Positions 46,562 through 55,304 of a stretch of DNA of 64,000 nucleotides are shown one piece after another; positions within the stretch are counted from its first letter, which is position 1, and the number at the start of each line of letters is the position of its first letter. The notes under the pieces were generated by a model that made no database searches, was not told where the DNA came from, and saw nothing but the letters and a program-made list of their open reading frames with translations. A program made the position numbers and the translations under genes. Origin of the DNA: an uncultured virus (IMG/VR IMGVR_UViG_3300037508_001334) (Duplodnaviria > Heunggongvirae > Uroviricota > Caudoviricetes); IMG/VR virus record IMGVR_UViG_3300037508_001334. One strand, given 5' to 3'.

Positions 46562-46753
46562 TTGGGGAAAGCAATTTTAAATATTTAGATTATACGATTT
46601 GTTATATGACTAAAAATAATACACCTGTTAAGGTTTTATTAATATTTATAAGGATTGCTGATCTTTTGAGGTTTTGACGTTGAATTTTCTTCAATCCTGG
46701 GGTAGAATAATATAGTTTCTACTACGTGCTGAAGAATTTTTTCCATATTAATT

Positions 46754-48574
46754 ATGAATCCTCTAAGTTCATTCCGCAACTTTACCAACAGGTTTCCCCT
46801 TAGATCTGCTGAATACAATAGCAACAATGACAAATCATCCAATCAATCACAGGGGCAATCTGCCATCAGTATTGCATCAGTGAGTTATCAGAGCAAGTCT
46901 TATGAAAGTGGTGAAACACTTCCGTGGGGAATTCAAGCAGTCTGGCAGGGAGAAGACATTTCCAAAAGAGGTAATTTTGCATCTGAATCCTATGCATTTG
47001 TAATTGACTCTGGAGTTTCCGATAAAACAGATGATTTAAACTTAAATAAAGATTGGGCACGAAGTTGGGTTTATACTCCATCTGGACTTGAATCTCCTTT
47101 TTCAGACGGAAATGGACACGGGACTCATATTGCAGGAGTCATTGGAGCACTTGTTAACGGCAAAGGTATTATTGGAGTATCACCAGGAGCACAAATTGTT
47201 TCACTTAAGGTGAATAATGACTTTGGTTTTGGAGATGGCAACACCACTGCTGAAGCAGTCAACTATGCCGCAAACATCATCAATGATAATAAACTAGACA
47301 AAAAGAAATGTGTCATCAATTTGAGTCTTGTTGCACACTCCCGTGATCCAAAACTGGAGTCGGCAATTCTTCGTGCCGCAGATCAGGGAATTCAATTCAC
47401 TATTGCTGCGGGTAACTTTGGCAAAGATGTAGATAACTTTGCCCCTGCTTGTATTGGAAGTCATCCAAATGTTTATGTGGTATCTGCCGTAGACAGTTCA
47501 AATCAAGTCCCATTCTGGTCAAATTATGATCGTCTTGATACCGCAACCGATGCTGATGATGTTGATTATGCTGCACCAGGAGTTAACATTCTTTCATATC
47601 ATAAAAACGGACAACTCGGCACTTTGAGTGGAACATCTCAAGCAGCACCCCATCTTGCTGGATTGCTGATTAGTGGAGGGGTACAAGCAGGAAATATGGT
47701 CAAGTCAAATTATGCCAATACCGCAGATCCTTTTGTAATATCTGCGACTCAATCATTATTGCCTGTACAAGTACAACCTGCCGCAAAACAATCCCCACCA
47801 ACATATAACCTAGTAAGTAATGCCACTATCAATGAGGGGCAAACATTAAAGATTGACATCGCAACAACTAATTTAACAAAGGGTACACCTTTGTACTGGA
47901 GCATTTCTGGTAACGGTATTTCTACTAACGATTTCACTGGACTTTCTGATTTGAAAGGAAATCTATCAATAGATGCCAAAGGCAATGCCACCGTTAGTTT
48001 TAACCTAAAGAATGATTTGAATACAGAAGGAACTGAGTCAATTAAATTTGAACTCTTCAGTGATTCTGCCCGTTCAATTAAAGTTGGGGATAAAAGTGCT
48101 GAGATTCAAGATACATCCAAAACACCATCTCCAAGTTTAACACTTTGGGGTACAAATGGTAATGATATTATTACAGGTGGTGCTGGTGATGATTTTATTG
48201 CTGGTGTTGCACGGACTGGGACTGATTTGACATCAATGGGTCGTGGACAATTTGATATTCTTACGGGTGGTCTTGGAAAGGATGTATTTGTATTGGGTGA
48301 TAGTCGTGGAACATTTTATGATGATGGCATTAAATCCAATCACGGTGCAAATGACTATGCTTTAATCAAAGATTTCAAAGCAGGTGAGGATAAAATTCAA
48401 GTCAAAAAGGGTCAAGGAGTCGTATGGAAAGCATTGGATGCCAATGTTTTAGTTTATTATGACTTGAATCGTAATCGTGGTATTGAAACGTCTGGACCTA
48501 ACCGAGATGATTTAATTGCAATTCTTGAAGGTGTAACGACATTGAGCAACAGTGATATTCTCGTTGCTAGGTAA
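46754..48574 (+). CDS. Subtilisin-family (S8) serine protease with C-terminal RTX/Ca-binding region
   Basis: Catalytic triad VIDSG, HGTHIAG, SGTSQAAPH; GTNGNDIITGGAGDD and DILTGGLGKDVF repeats. Confidence 0.9.
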   Translation: MNPLSSFRNFTNRFPLRSAEYNSNNDKSSNQSQGQSAISIASVSYQSKSYESGETLPWGIQAVWQGEDISKRGNFASESYAFVIDSGVSDKTDDLNLNKDWARSWVYTPSGLESPFSDGNGHGTHIAGVIGALVNGKGIIGVSPGAQIVSLKVNNDFGFGDGNTTAEAVNYAANIINDNKLDKKKCVINLSLVAHSRDPKLESAILRAADQGIQFTIAAGNFGKDVDNFAPACIGSHPNVYVVSAVDSSNQVPFWSNYDRLDTATDADDVDYAAPGVNILSYHKNGQLGTLSGTSQAAPHLAGLLISGGVQAGNMVKSNYANTADPFVISATQSLLPVQVQPAAKQSPPTYNLVSNATINEGQTLKIDIATTNLTKGTPLYWSISGNGISTNDFTGLSDLKGNLSIDAKGNATVSFNLKNDLNTEGTESIKFELFSDSARSIKVGDKSAEIQDTSKTPSPSLTLWGTNGNDIITGGAGDDFIAGVARTGTDLTSMGRGQFDILTGGLGKDVFVLGDSRGTFYDDGIKSNHGANDYALIKDFKAGEDKIQVKKGQGVVWKALDANVLVYYDLNRNRGIETSGPNRDDLIAILEGVTTLSNSDILVAR

Positions 48575-48595
48575 CAGTTTAAGTCGTTTTACCTA

Positions 48596-48624
48596 TTGAC
48601 AGGATTTCCTAACAATGTTATGAT
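48596..48624 (+). promoter_or_regulatory. psbA sigma70 promoter
   Basis: TTGACA, 17 nt spacer, TATGAT. Confidence 0.75.
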
Positions 48625-48667
48625 AAATACATCAAACGTTACAGAACGTAACAGTTCTTTAATGTTG

Positions 48668-48775
48668 TCCTCTACCTAACCGGGACCTATGGGGAGGTTA
48701 AACACAGTCTCTCATATCCGCAAATTAGGGTGTTGCGGAGCATAATGTATTACCAGTTCCCTGCTGGATTACTTA
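48668..48775 (+). ncRNA. PhotoRC-II-like structured psbA leader
   Basis: Long GC-richer 5' UTR with GGGAC/GTCTC, TCCGCAA/TTGCGGA and CCAG/CTGG stems, plus AGGG/CCCT loop complementarity; directly before psbA. Confidence 0.6.
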
Positions 48776-48789
48776 CCCTTTTAAAACAA

Positions 48790-49869
48790 ATGACTGCTAC
48801 TATTGCACAAAGACAATCTACTAACTCCTGGGAACAATTTTGCCAGTGGGTTACTTCAACAAACAACCGTCTTTATGTTGGTTGGTTTGGAACTCTGATG
48901 ATTCCTACACTGCTTGCTGCAACTGTATGTTTCATCGTAGCCTTCATTGCCGCACCTCCGGTGGACATTGATGGCATTCGTGAACCTGTTGCTGGTTCAC
49001 TCATGTATGGTAACAATATCATTTCTGGTGCTGTTGTTCCTTCTAGCAACGCAATCGGACTTCATTTTTATCCAATCTGGGAAGCAAATTCACTTGATGA
49101 ATGGCTTTACAATGGTGGACCCTATCAGTTGGTTGTTTTCCACTTCCTTATTGGCATCTTCTGCTATATGGGTCGTGAATGGGAACTTTCCTATCGTCTT
49201 GGTATGCGTCCATGGATTATGGTTGCCTATAGTGCTCCTGTTGCAGCTGCCACCGCAGTATTTCTTGTCTATCCTTTTGGTCAAGGTTCTTTTTCTGATG
49301 GTATGCCTTTGGGTATTTCTGGAACCTTTAACTATATGTTTGTGTTCCAGGCTGAGCACAACATCCTGATGCACCCCTTCCATATGCTTGGAGTTGCTGG
49401 TGTATTTGGTGGTTCTCTATTCAGTGCTATGCATGGATCTCTGGTCACTAGCTCACTCGTTCGTGAAACAACGGAAACTGAATCACAAAACTATGGATAC
49501 AAGTTCGGACAAGAAGAAGAAACCTACAACATTGTTGCAGCACATGGATACTTCGGACGACTCATCTTCCAATACGCTTCCTTTAACAACAGCCGTAGCC
49601 TACATTTCTTTTTGGCTGCTTGGCCTGTCGTTGGTATTTGGTTTGCTGCTCTTGGAGTCAGCACGATGGCATTCAACCTGAATGGTTTCAACTTCAACCA
49701 ATCAATTCAAGATAGTCAAGGACATGTAATTAATACTTGGGCAGACATCTTGAATCGTGCTGGACTTGGAATGGAAGTGATGCATGAGCGTAATGCACAC
49801 AATTTTCCTTTGGACCTTGCCACTGCTTCTACTACTGAAGTTGCCTTAACTGCACCTTCCATCGGTTGA
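48790..49869 (+). CDS. psbA: Photosystem II D1 protein
   Basis: [41 protein letters not shown]; uninterrupted. Confidence 0.99.
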   Translation: MTATIAQRQSTNSWEQFCQWVTSTNNRLYVGWFGTLMIPTLLAATVCFIVAFIAAPPVDIDGIREPVAGSLMYGNNIISGAVVPSSNAIGLHFYPIWEANSLDEWLYNGGPYQLVVFHFLIGIFCYMGREWELSYRLGMRPWIMVAYSAPVAAATAVFLVYPFGQGSFSDGMPLGISGTFNYMFVFQAEHNILMHPFHMLGVAGVFGGSLFSAMHGSLVTSSLVRETTETESQNYGYKFGQEEETYNIVAAHGYFGRLIFQYASFNNSRSLHFFLAAWPVVGIWFAALGVSTMAFNLNGFNFNQSIQDSQGHVINTWADILNRAGLGMEVMHERNAHNFPLDLATASTTEVALTAPSIG

Positions 49870-49890
49870 TATAAAACCTAAAATAAATAG

Positions 49891-49917
49891 AGGAGTTCCA
49901 CAAGAACTCCTTTTTTT
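49891..49917 (+). terminator. Terminator after psbA
   Basis: AGGAGTTC/GAACTCCT stem plus T tract. Confidence 0.75.
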
Positions 49918-50097
49918 ATGCTCCTCATCCTTTTCCTCTTCCAACTCTTTGGATTTTTTATGTTCATAATATCTCTTACTCAAGATTTATGATATCTTCT
50001 ACAACATCACACAAACTTGCAGAAATTATTCGTGATACTTGGCCTCAACTTTACAGAAAACCAGAAGCATCTTACAATAAACAAAAGACTTTAAAAA

Positions 50098-50403
50098 ATG
50101 AAAAAGTACAATGAAGAATATTTTTCTGTGATTGAAACCAAAATAGGAAGGAAAATTGTTGATTGTGGTGATGAAATGGATGCATATGCAATGGTTGCCT
50201 TTGACCCACAAAACCGAACGATTACAAGAAATAAAGTTTTGATGAGTCCAGTAATTGATGTTGAAATTCCAAAAGCACTTCCTACAACAAATGTCGTTGT
50301 ATCAAACGTAAAAGAAGGTGGATGTACAACAAGAGAACAACAACTACTTGATGCTGGACAATTGAGATTTTCAGAGGGGCAAGGAGAACCAGTAAGAATA
50401 TGA
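50098..50403 (+). CDS. Hypothetical protein
   Basis: 101-aa ORF. Confidence 0.6.
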   Translation: MKKYNEEYFSVIETKIGRKIVDCGDEMDAYAMVAFDPQNRTITRNKVLMSPVIDVEIPKALPTTNVVVSNVKEGGCTTREQQLLDAGQLRFSEGQGEPVRI

Positions 50404-50544
50404 TATTTAAAATAAAAAAATTTTTTGAAAGAGATGGGGACATTACTTACTATGATGAATTAAGTTACATCTTGATTTGTTTGAAAGAAACTATTAAAAT
50501 ATTAATATATAATGTTAATAAAAACCACATCAAATTTTAAATTT

Positions 50545-50781
50545 ATGGCATTTACAATTTATTCAAAAGATGGTTGTCCTTATTGCGTAAAAGTTCAGCA
50601 AGTGCTAGAATTAGCAGAACTACAACACGTGGTTTATAAATTGAATAGAGATTTTACTCGTGAAGAGTTTTATGCAGAATTTGGAGAAGGGTCTACCTTT
50701 CCCCAAGTAATTGTTGATGAAAAACACATCGGAGGTTGCTCCGACACTGTTCAATATTTGAAGGAGCAAAATCTAGTTTAA
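50545..50781 (+). CDS. nrdC: Glutaredoxin
   Basis: CPYC, TFPQV, IGG. Confidence 0.9.
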   Translation: MAFTIYSKDGCPYCVKVQQVLELAELQHVVYKLNRDFTREEFYAEFGEGSTFPQVIVDEKHIGGCSDTVQYLKEQNLV

Positions 50782-51140
50782 TGAATACTAATTTTCACGA
50801 AGTTTACAATGATGTTGAAAAGGCAATTGATTATGCCTTTAATGGCCAATTTGTTTTGAAGTTTTATGATTATTTGAAAATTCGTGGAACAAAAAGAAGT
50901 CAAGTTGAAGAGTTTATTGAAAGCACCACAGCAAATGAAATTAATAATCTTGTAATGGATTTAGATACGTATTTGGAAGGTGGTGCTGATGACCTTCATA
51001 AACAACTTCGTGAGGCTTATGGGCATATTCCTAAACCTCAAGCAAGAAAAATAAGAAACTACATCTATGGCATCTTAGAAGATGCTTGGAAATATAGTAA
51101 TGACAAACGACCAGGAAGACGCAAGAAGAACACTAAATAA
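50781..51140 (+). CDS. Conserved cyanophage hypothetical protein
   Basis: VEKAIDYAF...QLREAYGHIPKPQARKIR. Confidence 0.75.
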   Translation: MNTNFHEVYNDVEKAIDYAFNGQFVLKFYDYLKIRGTKRSQVEEFIESTTANEINNLVMDLDTYLEGGADDLHKQLREAYGHIPKPQARKIRNYIYGILEDAWKYSNDKRPGRRKKNTK

Positions 51141-51306
51141 CAATGAACTCCAAATTAATCGGGGTGTTGAGTTATTACTACGCAATAGGAGGAAAGAGAA
51201 ATCAAAACCAAAAACTTTTCAAGTGAAGTTTGGTAGAATGATTTCTCTCTTCCGTAGAGAGTTTCATTTTTTTATTGAATTTCACTTCGACATTAGGAAA
51301 AAATAA
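51082..51306 (+). CDS. Conserved hypothetical protein (start uncertain)
   Basis: INRGVELLLR...SLFRREFHF. Confidence 0.6.
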   Translation: MLGNIVMTNDQEDARRTLNNNELQINRGVELLLRNRRKEKSKPKTFQVKFGRMISLFRREFHFFIEFHFDIRKK

Positions 51307-51325
51307 ACCTCTCTGGAGAAGAAAA

Positions 51326-51550
51326 ATGTTAGCAGTAACTCTAACTATAGGAACATTAGTTTCAATTATGTTCTTTTTTGTAGGAGGTGTGGTAGGATGG
51401 TTAGCAAAAGAGCATTTCTATCAAACCCAACCAGTTTTTACACACCCAGAGATGTTTGACTCTAATGGTAATGTAATACCCGACGAAATTTTAGCTGTGA
51501 GATTTGAAAACGATTATGACTACGACGAAGACGACGAAGACGAAGACTGA
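51326..51550 (+). CDS. Membrane protein, DUF2973-like
   Basis: TM helix, HPEMFDSNGN..DEILAVRFE; GGAG RBS. Confidence 0.7.
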   Translation: MLAVTLTIGTLVSIMFFFVGGVVGWLAKEHFYQTQPVFTHPEMFDSNGNVIPDEILAVRFENDYDYDEDDEDED

Positions 51551-52091
51551 AACTCCAATTGAGAGTCTTCCATCCAACCCATTTGTATTTGAAATTTTGA
51601 ATCTTGTTTCAAAACAAAAAAGCAATGTAAAAAAAGTTGAAATCCTTAAAAAATATGAAGATCCTTCATTAAAAACTATTTTAATTTGGAATTTTGATGA
51701 TACAGTAATATCATTATTACCAGAAGGAGAAGTTCCTTATGCAAGCACTGGAGAACAAACTTCTTATAGTGGGACTTTAACTTCTAAAATTGACGATGCA
51801 GTATTGAAGATGGAAGAATTAAATTCCAATTCTTTAGGTTCGATGGATCAAGGAAAATCCTCAATTAGAAAAGAATACCATATGTTTTATAATTTTGTAA
51901 AAGGTGGAAATGATGGATTAAGTTCTCTTCGAAGAGAAACAATGTTCATTAACATTCTTCAAGGACTTCATCCACTTGAAGCAGAAATTGTTTGTTTAGT
52001 CAAAGATAAAAAGCTTGCGAATAAATATAAAGTAAGTCTGGATAATGTAAAAGAAGCCTATCCTGATATTCAATGGGGTGGGCGTTCGTGA
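51516..52091 (+). CDS. Conserved T4-like hypothetical protein
   Basis: LPEGEVPY, RRETMFINILQGLHPLEAE. Confidence 0.75.
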   Translation: MTTTKTTKTKTETPIESLPSNPFVFEILNLVSKQKSNVKKVEILKKYEDPSLKTILIWNFDDTVISLLPEGEVPYASTGEQTSYSGTLTSKIDDAVLKMEELNSNSLGSMDQGKSSIRKEYHMFYNFVKGGNDGLSSLRRETMFINILQGLHPLEAEIVCLVKDKKLANKYKVSLDNVKEAYPDIQWGGRS

Positions 52092-52117
52092 CAGTTGCAG
52101 TAAGTGGAGAAAAAAGT

Positions 52118-52423
52118 ATGGCAGAATCTGGAAATGAAGAAAAAAATATTTTGCCATCAAGATATGGTTGCGAAATTCTTTTAGAAAAAACAACTCTTGA
52201 TAAAGCAAAAGATTCTTCTTTTCCAAGTGATGCTTACTTAGTTTGGTACATTGTTGAAGGAAAACAATATCTTGATTTAACAAGAGGCACCAAGATTCGT
52301 ATTTTTGATATGTATTATGATACTTATGGTGTGGGATCACTCAAAAAAATTGATTTTGGATATGGAAGAGTGAATCCCAAACTTTGGGGATATAGGCAAC
52401 CAGAAAAAAAGAAAAGAAGATGA
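52118..52423 (+). CDS. Conserved hypothetical protein
   Basis: IFDMYYDTYG...GYGRVNPKLWG. Confidence 0.7.
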   Translation: MAESGNEEKNILPSRYGCEILLEKTTLDKAKDSSFPSDAYLVWYIVEGKQYLDLTRGTKIRIFDMYYDTYGVGSLKKIDFGYGRVNPKLWGYRQPEKKKRR

Positions 52424-52605
52424 GTGAAGGATTTAGTAAAGAAAATATTGAGGTATCAATCAATAAAGACGAGATAAATAAGATATTAAAAAAATACAAG
52501 AAAATTAAAAAGTATCAAAGGTCTCCTCTTTTTGAAGTTAAAACTATGGATGGAACCGAAACTTATGTGAGTAAATTAATTCAGGAAGCACAGGAGAACT
52601 TATGA
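52420..52605 (+). CDS. Hypothetical protein
   Basis: ATGA-coupled 61-aa ORF. Confidence 0.65.
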   Translation: MSEGFSKENIEVSINKDEINKILKKYKKIKKYQRSPLFEVKTMDGTETYVSKLIQEAQENL

Positions 52606-52608
52606 TAA

Positions 52609-52935
52609 ATGGGCAAGCACTATTTACTTAACTTGTACGGTTGTTCGTTTGTTCTTTTGAATGATGAACGATGTCTTGTTGACTTATTAGAAAATGCAGC
52701 TGCTGCATCAGGTGCAACTGTGGTTCAAACGATTTGGAAAAAGTTTGAACCACAGGGAGTCACTGTAATGTGTTTATTATCTGAAAGTCATATAAGCATT
52801 CATACTTGGCCTGAAGAAGGGAAAGCAGCAGTAGATGTTTATACTTGCGGAGACTGTAATCCAAAGATTGGATGCGATATCATTATCCAACAACTTTATG
52901 CATCAAACCATACACTAAGTTATATTGAAAGATAG
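52609..52935 (+). CDS. speD: S-adenosylmethionine decarboxylase proenzyme homologue
   Basis: GKH, FEPQGVT, LSE|SHISIHTWPE, DVYTCG. Confidence 0.92.
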   Translation: MGKHYLLNLYGCSFVLLNDERCLVDLLENAAAASGATVVQTIWKKFEPQGVTVMCLLSESHISIHTWPEEGKAAVDVYTCGDCNPKIGCDIIIQQLYASNHTLSYIER

Positions 52936-52999
52936 TCAAATTTTTATTTGACAAATCAGAATATAAGTAGTATATTAAAAATAAAAGTACTTTTTGATT

Positions 53000-53203
53000 A
53001 TGACAGATTATAAACCATACTCCCCCGAGTGGCATCGGAAAAGATATCTTAAAGAATCTTTAGATAAGTATCTGGATGATTATATTGATAATGATGTAAT
53101 TTTTGAAGACATTTGTAGTATCTTACACGAACGATCCGAAAAAGCCTATCAAGAATTTTCCAAACTTAATGATTTGGAAAGACAATTTAGACGTAATTAC
53201 TAA
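53000..53203 (+). CDS. Hypothetical protein
   Basis: YKPYSPEWHRKRYLKE; sigma70 promoter upstream. Confidence 0.65.
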   Translation: MTDYKPYSPEWHRKRYLKESLDKYLDDYIDNDVIFEDICSILHERSEKAYQEFSKLNDLERQFRRNY

Positions 53204-53226
53204 ATACACCTATACGAAAATTACTT

Positions 53227-53553
53227 ATGCTCTCTACACAATATAGACTTCGACTAGAAGAAATTTGTAAGAAAATCGTTCTTCATCAAGAAGTAAGTCT
53301 TGAAGATATGATTTGGGCAGAAAAACTTGCTAAAGCAAATCGTTCTGCGGGAACAATACTTCGTCAGGCAAGACGAAAAGCAGAAAATCCTGATATGCAA
53401 GAGGGTGATTTGGATGACTTTCTAAATCAACTTGATATTGGTGGTATTGGTAATGATAGCAAAGGAATTCGTCGTTTTGAAAGTGTTGATGACATCGTAG
53501 ATTTCTTCTCAGAGGGAAGAGATAAACCAGAAGACTGGCGACAAAGAGACTGA
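53227..53553 (+). CDS. Conserved cyanophage hypothetical protein
   Basis: MLSTQYRLRLEEIC...DWRQRD. Confidence 0.75.
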   Translation: MLSTQYRLRLEEICKKIVLHQEVSLEDMIWAEKLAKANRSAGTILRQARRKAENPDMQEGDLDDFLNQLDIGGIGNDSKGIRRFESVDDIVDFFSEGRDKPEDWRQRD

Positions 53554-54026
53554 TGAGTGAAGTAACGTTTAAAAAACACAGAGTATTTCGTGAGACTGAA
53601 GATGTTGTTTTCTATGATATTTCTGTAGATGGTTCTAATGCACAAGACCTTGTTTGCCATACTGGTCCTGCTATCTCTCCTCCTGATGATATTGTAGGAG
53701 CAAAGCAGTTCTATATTCACTATCACCAAATTGATAACAATCGTGTTCTGTCCGGACTTCGTACATTTGAATTGGTTAATAAAGAATGGAGATATCCATA
53801 TCATATTATCCATCTAAATCGTTCTTCTGGAGCATTAGTTATTCCCAAGATGACATTTCATCGTTCATACTCTGGAGTTGAAGGTTCTATTGTTATCAAT
53901 CAAGCGATTCGTGATGGTGAATTTAATCCTGAGACGGAATTTATTCCCATATCGGCAGCAAAAGATAGAGACTTATACCATATTTTGGTGAACGAAAAAC
54001 CAGTTATTCATACACTTGGAGAGTGA
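53553..54026 (+). CDS. Cupin-fold protein of cyanobacterial type
   Basis: FYIHYHQIDNNRV...TFHRS His motifs. Confidence 0.65.
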   Translation: MSEVTFKKHRVFRETEDVVFYDISVDGSNAQDLVCHTGPAISPPDDIVGAKQFYIHYHQIDNNRVLSGLRTFELVNKEWRYPYHIIHLNRSSGALVIPKMTFHRSYSGVEGSIVINQAIRDGEFNPETEFIPISAAKDRDLYHILVNEKPVIHTLGE

Positions 54027-54226
54027 TGAATTACGAAGAGTTTTTGGATATGCCAACAACTTTTATGGATGATATGTTAAAGTTGATTCAACTTAAAAAT
54101 AAGTATCGTTTAGATTTTACGCCACAAGAAAAAGAAATAAATGATCATCTTTTAACTTATTGGGAAGAAATGAAGTTAAATGAACTTAGGGGAAAATTTG
54201 AAAGATGTTGGAAAATTGAAGAATAA
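54023..54226 (+). CDS. Hypothetical protein
   Basis: 67-aa coupled ORF. Confidence 0.6.
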   Translation: MMNYEEFLDMPTTFMDDMLKLIQLKNKYRLDFTPQEKEINDHLLTYWEEMKLNELRGKFERCWKIEE

Positions 54227-54323
54227 ATAATAATGCTCTAATTGGTTGGCGCTTTTTAGGGTTGGGCGGAGAAATCTGCCCTCTTTTATTATAAATACTA
54301 ATGCCAACCAAAATTAGAAGCAG

Positions 54324-54767
54324 ATGGAATACTATACCTACGCTTATTTGCGTGAAGATGGAACTCCTTACTATATTGGAAAGGGAATAAACAATCGTGC
54401 TTATAAGGGAGATTGTAAATCTGTACGAGTTCCACCTAAAAATAGAATACTTTTCTTGAAAACTGGTTTAACTGAAGAAGAGGCTTTTAAGCACGAGATT
54501 TATATAATAAACATCTTAGGTCGTAAAGATATTGGAACGGGTATTTTAAGAAATTTGACTGATGGTGGGGAAGGTTTCTCTTCTAAACAAATGACTATTC
54601 TTTGGGAAAGGAGAAGAAAGAAAAAGTTGGAATTAGAAATAAAAAAGTGGAGAAAGGAATATGATAAAGGTGTTATTTGGAGAGAAAAAAATAGAGAAGT
54701 TTTTGATGAATTGATAAAAAATGTCATTAGTAATAGAACATTTATGTATAATAATGATACCATTTAG
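54324..54767 (+). CDS. GIY-YIG-family free-standing endonuclease
   Basis: YYTYAYLREDGTPYYIGKG..R, EEEAFKHE, LRNLTDGGEG; late promoter at 54290-97. Confidence 0.85.
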   Translation: MEYYTYAYLREDGTPYYIGKGINNRAYKGDCKSVRVPPKNRILFLKTGLTEEEAFKHEIYIINILGRKDIGTGILRNLTDGGEGFSSKQMTILWERRRKKKLELEIKKWRKEYDKGVIWREKNREVFDELIKNVISNRTFMYNNDTI

Positions 54768-54825
54768 TATCTATTGCTACTATTTTAAAATAAAACTTGC
54801 TATATAGGATGAATAGGGGTATAAT
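54767..54825 (+). promoter_or_regulatory. NtcA-type box plus sigma70 promoter
   Basis: GTA-N8-TAC at 54767-80 (extended TAGTA..TACTA); TTGCTA 54797-802, 17 nt spacer, TATAAT 54820-25. Confidence 0.6.
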
Positions 54826-54835
54826 AATCCCCTAA

Positions 54836-55080
54836 CGTTCATCCTATGACTAAGGCACTTTTGTTCTTGGCCTGGGTTCCACTTCTTTCTATTTCTACGC
54901 CACAACTTACCCAAACTAATCAAGTTACGATAAGTTGCGACGCATCGTGGGAACTAATGGACATCGTTAAAAACGACGATGTAGTACATCAAAAGATAGA
55001 AGACCAATTGCTATTAGAACTCCGAAAGGATTTCATTCAAGTGTGCAATAGATAGGACGGAAGTAAGCCGACTCGGAACG
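54836..55080 (+). ncRNA. Glutamine riboswitch (glnA motif)-like aptamer 1 with an ORF inserted in the P2 loop
   Basis: CGTTC-A-TCCTAT...ATAGGA-CGGAAGTAAGCCGACTCG-GAACG. Confidence 0.6.
54846..55055 (+). CDS. 69-aa protein with signal-peptide-like N-terminus, nested in a riboswitch-like stem
   Basis: MTKALLFLAWVPLL..ISCDASWELM...QVCNR. Confidence 0.65.
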   Translation: MTKALLFLAWVPLLSISTPQLTQTNQVTISCDASWELMDIVKNDDVVHQKIEDQLLLELRKDFIQVCNR

Positions 55081-55083
55081 GAT

Positions 55084-55134
55084 CGTTCATTCTCTATTCG
55101 CAAATAGAGAACGCAAAAGCCGACTGAAGGAACG
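55084..55134 (+). ncRNA. Glutamine riboswitch (glnA motif)-like aptamer 2
   Basis: CGTTC-A-TTCTCTATT-cgca-AATAGAGAA-CGCAAAAGCCGACTGAAG-GAACG upstream of a YRG peptide. Confidence 0.8.
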
Positions 55135-55166
55135 CTCTTTAACTTAAACAACTAAGGAGAACCCTA

Positions 55167-55304
55167 ATGTCACAAGTCGTATATCGTGGTGTCGCATATG
55201 ACACCGAAGTTCGTCGCCAGCAACAACAGCAGGCACAACAACAGTCCCAACAATATAATGAAACTTATCGTGGTGTTAAGTTTGTAAAGGAGGGGCAAAA
55301 ATGA
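55167..55304 (+). CDS. DUF4278-like small protein with two YRGV motifs
   Basis: Hand-translated MSQVVYRGVAYDTEVRRQQQQQAQQQSQQYNETYRGVKFVKEGQK; AAGGAG RBS. Confidence 0.85.
   Translation: MSQVVYRGVAYDTEVRRQQQQQAQQQSQQYNETYRGVKFVKEGQK

Noticed and set aside
48730..48789. Extended psbA start in the ORF track
   Set aside because: It lies in the structured leader; D1 starts at MTATIAQR (48790).
48790..49869. Group I intron in psbA, or an adjacent psbD
   Set aside because: psbA is an uninterrupted 359-codon ORF and no D2-like ORF is present in the window.
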